From the NCBI RefSeq assembly GCF_006345805.1, contig NC_043004.1, forward strand, positions 36,022,001 to 36,086,000: a stretch of 64,000 nucleotides of DNA. The letters run 5' to 3'. This DNA comes from Octopus sinensis. Its lineage: Eukaryota. The notes below the pieces were generated by a model. The model was not told the DNA's origin and ran no database searches. It saw only the letters and a program-made list of their open reading frames with translations. Every line of letters starts with the position of its first letter. Position 1 is the stretch's first letter. Shown here in pieces: positions 12,056 to 23,244 of this stretch. Made by a program: the position numbers and the translations under genes.

Positions 12056-12090
<35 letters not shown>

Positions 12091-12092
<2 letters not shown>

Positions 12093-12167
12093 TGTATTTA
12101 TGTTTTATCTATTTATCTACTTATCTACCTATATCTATATCAATCTATCTATCAACCTATCTATCTC

Positions 12168-12257
<90 letters not shown>

Positions 12258-12382
12258 TATACGTATACATATATATATACATATATGTATATCTTATGTA
12301 TTTGTGTTTTATCTATTTATCTACTTATCTGCCTATATCTATATCAATCTATCTATCAACTTATCTATCTCTATCTCTCTCC

Positions 12383-12419
<37 letters not shown>

Positions 12420-12438
12420 CACACATTATACGTATACA

Positions 12439-12470
<32 letters not shown>
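12091..12470. repeat. ~204-bp tandem duplication of a composite microsatellite block
   Basis: tatgtatttRtgttttatctatttatctacttatct... starts at both 12091 and 12295. Confidence 0.85.
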
Positions 12471-12472
<2 letters not shown>

Positions 12473-12587
12473 ATGATAATAAAAGTAACAACAAAAGAAT
12501 GCACTGAAGCTCTTCGCTCCAGCATTCGAAACTCCGAGTAGTATAATGACAACTTTTTACTGTTTGTTCTAAATTATAACACACACA

Positions 12588-12629
<42 letters not shown>

Positions 12630-12721
12630 GTATAGAGTGTTATGTGTGGTGTACAGAAATTGAATACTGAGAAAAAAGGTTGTCAGAATTTTGGAAAAAA
12701 ATCTTTTTATTTCTTCATTAT

Positions 12722-12759
12722 TATTAGCGCTTTCATTTGTTTCTGAAACTTGTCAAATA
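12722..12759 (-). ncRNA. Minimal hammerhead motif with U3-A8 core
   Basis: Minus strand tat-TTGACAA-gttt cagaaac aaat-GAAA-gcgc-TA-ata: palindromic AGCGCT stem III, CUA triplet; stem I only 3 bp. Confidence 0.5.
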
Positions 12760-13651
12760 GAATTTGGAATTTTCACATAAGGTTTTGATTTAGATCACTT
12801 TAAAACCAAAGTTTGTATCCTAGAACTGGGGTGATCTCAGGTGGTTTGGTCTCAAAGGGATTAAACCATCTAACAACAACCAGGTAGTTTTCAAAATAAT
12901 CGTAAAATATAATAATATAAGCTGTATGCTTGCTTATACAGATGATTATGGGCATCAGGAGTGAAATAGTGAGGACCAGCAGCGAACAGAAATGATTTAG
13001 ATACACCAAAGATGACTGCTTGAATTTCCAATCTGACTTTATTGTGATCAACAACAATAAAGATTATCACAAGAATCTTTGTTGCTGTATCAAGAATCAG
13101 ATAAATTATATAGCTCAAATTTAAAACAGATAGCTTCATAAATCAGTAAATATTTCCATCCTAACTTTGTCTTTCATGGGTACATTGTTGATATGATCCA
13201 AACTAGCTCAATTAAATTCTACCAACTTTCCAGATCATTCCGCAGAATTAAAGTGAACTGACAGTTAATAGCAAGAAATTAGCACTAGCATGAGTCCATT
13301 TAGAGTAAATGGTTCTGCAAACACCTCATAAACTGGATTCCATTTAATTTCATTCCAGTATATATCAACTTACTATTTCTCATTCGGTAAGTAATATCAG
13401 GGAAACCATGAAATTATTCTCATTTCTATTCTAAAATGCATTTGTCAACAGTTTAATTCCCCTCCTCGATTTAGCTGGCTTCCTTCTAACATCTACCACC
13501 ACCCACCACCATCATCACACACCTACACACTACCCACATACTCATACACATATACATATGTATTTTACAGGTATTCATACGTAAACACATTATATTTCTT
13601 GCTTTATATATACATATATACTTGTAAAAAGCACCCATATATACATATATA

Positions 13652-13829
13652 CATGTAAAAAGCACCCACTACACACACGGAGTGGTTGGCATTAGGAAGG
13701 GCATCCAGCCGTAGAAAAACTGCCAGATCAGACTGGGCCTGATGTGGCCTTCCGGCTTCACAGACCCCAGTTGAACCGTCCAACTCATGCTAGCATGGAA
13801 AGCGGACGCTAAATGATGATGATGATGAT
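13652..13829 (+). mobile_element. Family B RTE-tail repeat
   Basis: Matches the 3' half of 6866-7279, with (GAT)n tail. Confidence 0.85.
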
Positions 13830-13842
13830 ATGTATGTATATA

Positions 13843-14037
13843 TATTTGAAAGAAGAAAAAGAATGACTTCACTGGAAGTTTTAATCAATCTAGTTTATTA
13901 TTTTTTAATTTTTTAATAATATAAATTTTAGTTCAAAGATCTAAGAACTAAAATTTACATTATTAAAAAAATTAAAGAATAATAAATTAGACTGATTAGG
14001 ACTACCAGTGAAGATATTCTTATTCTTTTTTCAAATA
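13843..14037. repeat. Long imperfect palindrome (fold-back)
   Basis: Arms tatttgaaagaag...aaattttagttc and gaactaaaattt...ttttttcaaata are reverse complements around a ~10-nt loop. Confidence 0.9.
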
Positions 14038-14053
14038 CACCCAATTGTACCAA

Positions 14054-14116
<63 letters not shown>

Positions 14117-15586
14117 ACCATCAGTAAATCATAAATTGGAAAAAGAAGCACACTCTATGTTTGTGTGTGTACCAATGTAAGCTGCTGGACCCAATACAAA
14201 GCCATACATGACAAAATTTACTCATTACTGTGACTGTGAATGCTAAAAGTACAGTTATTGCTGGAAATAAGAGTTAAAACTCTTATAGCTGTCTGAAAAG
14301 CATATGAGCAAAGCTAGGACACTAGACATAGTATACACATATGTATATACTGCCATTCTTTATCCTTTTTACTTACTTCACTCACTGGACTGCAGCCAAG
14401 CTGTGGTACCCATTCAAAACAATGTTGTTTTGTTAACACTCTATCTTAAATAAGATATACATATATATTTTAAATAATGTATTGTTATTATTATTATTAA
14501 TATAAGGAAATTAATATCTAAACTCCTCATAAAGATATACCCATGTGAAAATAGTTATTGTATTAAGAATATATAAATAAATAAATATAAATATATATAA
14601 AGATGTATGTAAATATGTATAAGTATAAATATAATGTATAAATATATTTGATAGTTTAAAAGTTTTGAATTAATTATTTAAAGCATCTTACGATCGTTTC
14701 ATAGAAGAGTTGTCCCTATAATGAAATCCTATATTGATAAGCATTTATAAGATATGAGGCTGAAGTGGCTGGAATGCCTTTGAGTATGGGGCCATGGGAC
14801 AGTTATGGCTGGGGTGAAACAACAACTTTAAACATACAACATGAAATAAATGTTGAGGAAGAGGATGCTCTTCAATACCCACCAAATACACACATGTATG
14901 CGTATGCCACAATACTCAGAGTATACAGTGTGTAAAGTGGTTGGCAGCTGGAAGGGCATCCAGCCATTCAATGGCTCCCTTATCCAACCACTGTTTTCTC
15001 TCAGCACATAACCTATTTGGCATAAGATAGCAATACAATTCTGTATTTTACTAATGCCAGGATAGACAATATTTCTCATCACATACTCAGGGGTGTGGAA
15101 GAGAGGTAGGGGTCTCTTTAGCCTCCTTGAGACAAGTTGTGTAATGCCAGAGAAGGAATGGAAAACATCTAGTCCTGCCTGAGCAAGACAATCTCTCATT
15201 CAGGTTCATGGATAAAAGACATTCAGTAAACTCTGTAAAGTGGTTAGTGTTAGGAAGAGCATCCAACCATGGCAACCATGTCTGAAAATGGAATCTACAA
15301 GCACAACATGATCTTCCAGTCATCAAGGAAGGTAGCAACAGGAATAAGAACTTATTTCAGTTGTCACAACACTCCAAACAATATCAGATTGGTAAAGAAG
15401 ACACATGATGATGATGGTGGTGGTGGTGGTGGTAGTAGCAGCAGTGGTAGTCATGAAGATAATGAGGATTGTAGTGGTGGTGGTGGTGTAGGAATGATGA
15501 TGATGCCAAAGAACCACAGCTCTCCTCATAGCAGCACTCCATGAATTATTTAACAACAAATTTAGTTTGTTTCTCTTTGGTTTCAG

Positions 15587-15695
15587 AATATTTCTACCAA
15601 TATTTCAAGCTTTGTATGAATATTTGTGGAAATATATGAATCTTCGTATGAATGTTTGTAAATGCTTTTGTTCATGCGATGGTTTTGTCGTGTGA
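15587..15695 (+). CDS. Candidate terminal coding exon (IFLPIFQALYEYLWKYMNLRMNVCKCFCSCDGFVV*)
   Basis: Strong acceptor tttgtttctctttggtttcag; 35 open codons to TGA; no recognised homologue. Confidence 0.3.
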
Positions 15696-16187
15696 ATAAG
15701 CGAGCAGACACGATTCTTCTGCCAAACACAAATTCATCTACATTTTTCCCAAACACCAGCATATATATTTCAGTATGCAATTTAAAAAAAACAACATATT
15801 TATATTATTTCTTTGTATTCTTGTTCTGCAAGCATAGATCAACATACATCTTATTTTATTTATCAAATTGCTGTTTAACCCTAGGTCAGTCCTGATGAGC
15901 AAACCCTCCATTCACCTTAACTTGTCACACTCTTCCTCTTCCTTCTCTTACATTTATGGTCAATCACTGCTAAGGTATACATTGAACAATATTCACCTAC
16001 TTCTAAATTCCAATGAGGCCTTTCATCCTTTCGGGGCTCATAAATTAAGTACCAGTTGCACACTGGGGATCAATCTAATCAACTGGCCCCCTCCACCCAA
16101 ATTTTGGGCTTTGTGCCAAGAGTAGAAACGAATATTCACCTACTCCTTCTTCCTAGAACAATAGACCTTATGAATTTCCTCTCTGCC

Positions 16188-16229
<42 letters not shown>

Positions 16230-16244
16230 CATACATATATACAT

Positions 16245-16281
<37 letters not shown>

Positions 16282-16336
16282 TCTCTGCATGTATGTGTGT
16301 ACGTATGTATATATATATATCGTTTTTCAGATGGCC

Positions 16337-16399
16337 AGATAACTGAAGAGATGGTGTTGTGGATTTCCACTTCGGCATTTGAAACTCAGAGTTTTATCT
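16337..16399 (+). ncRNA. Type-I hammerhead motif, canonical core
   Basis: agataa-CTGAAGA-gatg...(gtgga tt tccac)...cattt-GAAA-ctc a gag-TT-ttatct: perfect 6-bp stem I, near-palindromic stem III, GUU triplet (cut after 16393); flanked by (TA)n. Confidence 0.75.
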
Positions 16400-16466
16400 T
16401 GACTATTGAGTAATGTAACATATTATTTTATATATATATTAATATATATATATATATGTATATAAA

Positions 16467-16788
16467 AGGATTCGAACGAGGCCGTTGCCAGTACCGCCTG
16501 ACTGGCCCCTGCCAGAGCAGCCAACTGGCTTCCATGCCAGTGGCACGTAAAAGGGCACCGTTCGAGCGTGATCGTTACCAAAGTTTCCTTACTGACACCA
16601 GTTCTGGTGGCACGTAAAAAGCACCCACTACACTCTCAGAGTGGTAGGCATTAGGAAGGGCATCCAGCTGTAGAAACTCTGCCAAATAAAGATTGGACCC
16701 TGGTGCAACCATCTGGTTCGCCAGCCCTCAGTCAAAATCGTCCAACCCATGCTAGCATGGAAAGCGGACATTAAACGATGATGATGAT
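16467..16788 (+). mobile_element. Family B RTE-tail repeat
   Basis: Internal gtggcacgtaaaa repeats, conserved 3' end and (GAT)n tail. Confidence 0.85.
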
Positions 16789-17019
16789 ATGTATATATAT
16801 ATATATATAGATGAATTATGAGGCTTCAGCAATTTTTTGCCTAACAACCACACAGATGATTTGTTTATAATGATCAAATGTTTGTGTTCACATAAGCCCA
16901 CTTCTTCCATCAAATTGACATTATCTGTACAGGTGCATCACATGCTACATGTCATCTTGAACTGCATTTCTTTTCATTCTCTCTCCGTTTTCTTTTTTTT
17001 TTCTTTCTTTTCCTCTTAA

Positions 17020-17150
17020 TCTTTTCTGTGAAAGTGCGTAGGCTCAAAATGTAAAAAGACTTTTACATTCTTCCCAAGTATTAAACTAATACACCTGCTT
17101 GCTGTGCTTTCACTTGTCTTCGTCTCTTGTCTCCTGCAAATTGAAACTCG
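17020..17150 (+). mobile_element. PLE terminal-repeat fragment with decayed hammerhead
   Basis: tcttt-tctgtgaa-agtgc gtag gctc-aaaa-tg-TA-aaaga follows the same layout as 3125-3161 with several mutations. Confidence 0.5.
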
Positions 17151-17208
17151 GTGTGTGTGTGTGTGTATAGACAAATATACATATGTATATATATATATAT
17201 GAGTGTGT

Positions 17209-19177
17209 GTCCCTTTTGCTGTCCTGGTGTCCGTATGCATTCGATCCTTCTTCCAGGAAATCTACGCTCCCAGCTTAGTTTTTCTAATGCTCGTTGCTTA
17301 GTTTTTCTTGGAGGGCTGGCCATGATCTAGTAATCTCAAGATTAATCAGCCGAAATTACTATGATGATCCGGTTCTTGACTGAAGACTGAGGGTTTCGAA
17401 TGTCCTGTCCGTGTTTATCGTCTTCTTGAGTTATACGTTCTTGTCCATGTTGTATTTTTCTACATACCTTAACATATATTCCAGGCGCCACGTACCCTCT
17501 TAACATTAATGTGAGCACATATTCTTAATAACTGGTACGACTCTTTGTTTGTCTCTCTCTCTCTCTCACTTTTACTTGATCTGTCCCCTTCTCTCTCTAC
17601 TCATCCTCTTTTTCTCTTCTCTTTCCTCTGATTCTTTGGTCTAATCTTCCACTACCCTCCTATTTCTTTGTCTCGCTCTGCACTCACAGGTCGCTCTTCG
17701 ACACCCATCCCTTCTCCTCTCTGATTCCTTCTTTCTCTCTCTTCTCTCTCTTTGTTGCGTTTGTCCCTCCTCTCTCTCTCTCCTCTCTCTCTCTCTTCCG
17801 TTGCTTCTCTTTCTTTTCTTTTCTCTCTTCTCTGTCACGTGACTGCTGGCCAAAATCTGCCTTTCAGCTTCTGACCAGCGTCGTGTTAACATCGTTGTTT
17901 TTCGTCCGCCGCTATAGGCATCGCCGATAAGGCTCCTTTCCTTGCGCCAGAGAAAAAATTTGTTTGCTTGTTATCAGTTGTAAGACACTTGTTGTTGTTT
18001 TCACCGTTAATGCTTCTGTATTCCATTATTTTTTTGTTTTTTTATATTCGTCCCTTTTGCTGTCCTGGTGTCCGTATGCATTCGATCCTTCTTCCAGGAA
18101 ATCTACGCTCCCAGCTTAGTTTTTCTAATGCTCGTTGCTTAGTTTTTCTTGGAGGGCTGGCCGTGATCTAGTAATCTCAAGATTAATCAGCCGAAATTAC
18201 TACGATGATCCGGTTCTTGACTGAAGACTGAGGGTTTCGAATGTCCTGTCCGTGTTTATTGTATCGTCTTCTTGAGTTATACGTTCTTGTCCATGTTGTA
18301 TTTTTCTACATACCTTAACATATATTCCAGGCGCCACGTACCCTCTTAACATTAATGTGAGCACATATCTTAATAACTGGTACGACTCTTTGTTTGTCTC
18401 TCTCTCTCTCTCACTTTTACTTGATCTGTCCCCTTCTCTCTCTACTCATCCTCTTTTTCTCTTCTCTTTCCTCTGATTCTTTGGTCTAATCTTCCACTAC
18501 CCTCCTATTTCTTTGTCTCGCTCTGCACTCACAGGTCGCTCTTCGACACCCATCCCTTCTCCTCTCTGATTCCTTCTTTCTCTCTCTCTCTCTTTGTTGC
18601 GTTTGTCCTCCTCTCTCTCTCTCTCCTCTCTCTCTCTCTTCGTTGCTTCTCTTTCTTTTCTTTTCTCTCTTCTCTGTCACGTGACTGCTGGCCGAAATCT
18701 GCCTTTCAGCTTCTGACCAGCGTCGTGTTAACATCGTTGTTTTTCGTCCGCCGCTGCTATAGGCATCGCCGATAAGGCTCCTTTCCTTGCGCCAGAGAAA
18801 AAATTTGTTTGCTTGTTATCAGTCGTAAGACACTTGTTGTTGTTTTCACCGTTAATGCTTCTGTATTTCATGTTTCTGTATTCCATTATTTTTTTTTTTT
18901 TTATATTCGTCCCTTTTGCTGTCCTGGTGTCCGTATGCATTCGATCCTTCTTCCAGGAAATCTACGCTCCCAGCTTAGTTTTTCTAATGCTCGTTGCTTA
19001 GTTTTTCTTGGAGGGCTGGCCGTGATCTAGTAATCTCAAGATTAATCAGCCGAAATTACTACGATGATCCGGTTCTTGACTGAAAACTGAGGGTTTCGAA
19101 TGTCCTGTCCGTGTTTATTGTATCGTCTTCTTGAGTTATACGTTCTTGTCCATGTTGTATTTTTCTACATACCTTAA
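17209..19177 (+). mobile_element. ~2.3-copy tandem array of an ~850-bp unit, probable PLE terminal repeat
   Basis: cccttttgctgtcc recurs at 17211, 18052 and 18911; units are near-identical; each full unit starts with IPGATYPLNINVSTYS*, resembling the PLE ORF end (L.T..P.G.N); bounded by TA/TG tracts. Confidence 0.7.
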
Positions 19178-20690
19178 TATATATATATATATATATATAT
19201 TGAAATGTATGTATGTGTGTGTATGTATGTGTGCATGTATGTATGTATGTATGTGTGCATGAATTTATGTATGTATGTATGTATGTACGTACGTATGTAT
19301 GTATGCATGTATGTATGTATGTATGTGTGTGTATGTATGTGTGCATGTATGTATATAAAAACTGAACACTAACCACATCAATCACACAATGGAAGACAGC
19401 TGAAAAGATGTCACAATTGTATGGTGTATGTTAGAATGTCTTCCTCCATAGACATAGTTCATGTTTGTCACATGATGGTGTGTGTAAGCCTTAAATAATG
19501 ATTCCAACAAATGATTCCAATATAAAGAGGTTTGGTGGTGTAGTGGGCATATTATCATTTGCATTAAAGTAGCAGAAAGGAGGGTCTCAGTTTCCAGGCA
19601 GAACCATTTGAGAGACATTACAGTCAAACATTGAGTCAATATATTTGTAAGTCAAACAGCACACACTGTTTGGCAGTACTTTGAGAGGAAACTTTCAGTG
19701 ATATCAACAGATGGAATCCAACAGGAGAAAACATAACAAGTAAACTGCTCATGCGATATGTGGTTGAAGACTTAGCTGCTACAACACTATTATTATAACA
19801 ACAGGTATTTTACTTAAAATTCAACCAGAAATGATACAGAAAATTAAGAACTGCCAGGTAGGTCTAGCACTGTGAAAAAATTTCTTTTGATCACTGAGGA
19901 AGAAAATAGATTCATGGTAATGAAGAAGGTGGTTGTTTACTTGTGGATTTATTTCCTTTGGGAGGGTTAGAGATGAGGTTTCTAAGAAAGAAGCTAGAGT
20001 AAGAAAGAAGCACAGAGACGTGGAGAAGAATTTGGAAGAATTTTTGTTCTCTAGTGTGGAAACAGAGGCAAAACAGGTAGTAAATGGTGAGTTGTCATTT
20101 GCCGGAACCTTACAAAGTCAGCTTAGCTAAAGAACGGTCGGTGGAAAAAGAAGTGAACAGATTAGATAGCTAGATTCTAAGTAGCATGTTGTTCCAGGTC
20201 TACAGCTTAAAATACATGGCTTCTATTTTAAAGAACATTAAGGCTTTGGTGAGATGAGAGGAGGAATTTGGCTGCTTCATTGAACTGATTGAGGGATTCC
20301 AAATAATCTTCTCCATTACTTTTAAAGATAGATATTAGATTGTAAGTTGAAATACAAGGCAATAAAATAGTCACTGTTTTCGGGATACAAGGATTTAGGG
20401 CCAAGAATATATTTCAGTGTGGTATTTATTTTATCATTCTAATGAAAAGGTACTATTTTTTAATCATAATAGGATTCAGCAAGGGTTGTTTACACAAGCC
20501 GGTAAATGTGGACACCAAACACACACACACACACACACAGGGTTTCTACACAGTTTCCATCCACCAAGGCTTTTTGATCATGTGGAGCTGCATAACTGCA
20601 TAGGAAACTTCTTAACTGCACGGTCATACTTGTTGCTATAATGTTCAACTATGTTCAATAATTTTCATTCCATATATTTATGTGACCTTT

Positions 20691-20704
20691 GTTTCCATAG
20701 CAAC
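20691..20704. promoter_or_regulatory. RFX X-box consensus match GTTTCCATAGCAAC
   Basis: Matches GTHNYYATRRNAAC; motif match only. Confidence 0.3.
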
Positions 20705-21473
20705 AAACTAGAAGACATTGAGAGCTTTAGGTAGATTTATATCTAAGAGAATTCGTGAAAATGCCAGTATTTTTAGCTGTATCAATATATTCTACAAGAA
20801 AGAAATAATATTATAAATGAAGAGAGCAGCTGAAATTAGAAATAATATCTTTTATTTTACTTAGGTTGTTCCAGTTCTCTGTGAATTCTGATTGCCAGAC
20901 CCTGCTGTTCACAAAACCAATAGCTGCAGCAATATTTTTCCCTATGAAATAGGATGTTGTATTAAAATTGAAATACATAATATACTGTGAAGAGTTACAG
21001 ACATAATTTTTTTTTCAAAGATTTTTACAGTATGCTTCATTTTTTCCAATAATAAATTTAATCGTAGAGCAGCTACATCAGAACATGTCAGGTAAAGAAT
21101 AAAGTTTGCCGAATGAAGGTACGTACACTCATAACTCGATTTACTATGAATAAATCAAATATGTTCAGTGAATCAGTAAGCATGTCATTCACATAACAAT
21201 GAGATACATAATAAAATTACTTTTCCTCCTCAAATATATTTTTATATTTCTTCTTCATTTATTTTTTTATTTCCCTTGTAGTCTACGTAAAAGGTAATTG
21301 ACTGTACAATATTTTAACATCTGTATTTCCTACAAATCATTCACACAAATAGTCTTTTAAAGTTAATAATAATTATTATATTAGGTTTATTTGCATGGGA
21401 CCAATGCTGCTTCCATACCTCCTGAAAGTCTTTTGGTAAAAAATGATACCTAAATCTTACATCAGAGAATACA

Positions 21474-21870
21474 TACTCCTTTACTCTTTTACTTGTTTCA
21501 GTCATTTGACTACGGCCATGCTGGAGCACCGCCTTTAGTTGAGCAAATCGACCCCGGGACTTATTCTTTGTAAGCCCAGTACTTATTCTATCGGTCTCTT
21601 TTGCCGAACCGCTAAGAGACGGGGACGTAAACACACCAGCATCGGTTGTCAAACAATGCTAGGGGGACAAACATGCACACATACACATATATACACATAT
21701 ATACATATATACGAAAGGCTTCTTTCAGTTTCCATCTACCAAATCCACTCACAAGGCATTGGTCGGCCCGGGGCTATAGCAGAAGACACTTGCCCAAGAT
21801 GCCACGCAGTGGGACTGAAACCGGAACCATGTGGTTGGTTAGCAAGCTACTTACCACACAGCCACTCCTG
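21474..21870 (-). mobile_element. SINE family A, near full length
   Basis: Near-identical to 8634-9038. Confidence 0.9.
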
Positions 21871-21987
21871 TATATATATAATATATACACATATACATAC
21901 ACACACATACATGCATACACCCACATATATAATAAATACATATCCACACACACACACACACACCCACAATATATATATACAAGGATA

Positions 21988-22200
21988 AACAACTCCTTCA
22001 GTCATGAATGACCATGGGATTGCACCTAGAAAATTCCCCTCCAAGACACAAGTCTGAGCAAAGCTGTTTATGGAAGACAAGCAGTCGCTCATGCATACCA
22101 GCCTCCCCTCTCCACATCACCGATGTTATCCAAGGGAATCACAACTCAATTCTACAGCTGAGTGAACAACACACAGCCTAGTATGGGAATTGAACTCATT
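21988..22200 (-). mobile_element. Probable SINE fragment of a different family
   Basis: Non-low-complexity island with a tacagctgagtgaac segment and a B-box-like gagttcaattccc on the minus strand. Confidence 0.4.
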
Positions 22201-22270
22201 ACTTCATGATTGTAAGCCTGATACACCCTCCACTGAGCTATGTACTTTCACATATACATATACATATGTA

Positions 22271-22319
<49 letters not shown>

Positions 22320-22416
22320 GCATATGTATATGTATGTATACATATACATATATGTATGTATATATACATATATATATGTATATGTATATATGTATATTGA
22401 TATATGTGTATATTGA

Positions 22417-22465
<49 letters not shown>

Positions 22466-22739
22466 TGATGAAACTGATCAAATTTATGTTGTCAAACATA
22501 TTTGAAGAGTCAGAAACCAGTCCTGCATTATCCAATCCCAGGTTGTTCATTTATCAAATGTTCTTCCAAGAGGTAAGACAATTTTTTCATGTTTGTTTCA
22601 CACACACACACATCTTTGCTAGTAAATACGCAGTGAAGCTTTACAATAGCGTCGTATTTGTATCGATTGCTATTTTCCAGTAAATATTGGTGCCTTGCTG
22701 TACCACGCATCTGTTTTTAGATGTTTATATATATATATG

Positions 22740-22778
<39 letters not shown>

Positions 22779-22861
22779 GCACACACATATATTTATGTAC
22801 AAATATATATACATAAATATCCACATATATACAATTATATATATATATATATATATATATT

Positions 22862-23182
22862 GTTTAACGTCCGCTTTCCATGCTAGCATGGGTTGGACGG
22901 TTCAACTGGGGTCTGGGAAGCCCAAAGGCTGCACCAGGCCAGTCAGATCTGGCAGTGTTTCTACAGCTGGATGCCCTTCCTAACGCCAACCACTCCGAGA
23001 GTGTAGTGGGTAATTTTATGTGCCACCGACACAGGTGCCAGACGAGGCTGGCGAACGGCCACGCTCGGATGGTGTCTTTTACGTGCCCCCAGCACGGAGG
23101 CCAGTCAATGCGGTACTGGCTACGGCCACGTTCGGATGGTTTTCGTATGTGCCACCGGCACTGGTACCACAAAACTACAAAT
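22862..23182 (-). mobile_element. Family B RTE-tail repeat
   Basis: Reverse complement of 6866-7279-type sequence. Confidence 0.85.
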
Positions 23183-23244
23183 TCCATATATATATATATA
23201 TATTATATATATATAATACATGCAAAATGAGAGAGAATTAATTA

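Noticed and set aside
12800-13139. Hydrophobic minus-strand ORFs
   Set aside because: Overlapping frames equally plausible, partly within a MITE-like repeat, weak splice signals.
17380-17402. CTGAAGA...cgaat as a hammerhead in the tandem unit
   Set aside because: GAAT rather than GAAA, no stems II, III or I, and the third copy has CTGAAAA.
17641-18734. Duplicated Arg/Glu-rich ORFs
   Set aside because: Antisense reading of (CT)-rich tracts in the tandem repeat.
19380-20200. Possible LINE endonuclease and other LINE remnants
   Set aside because: Only faint motif traces (WNHLLES); too decayed to call.
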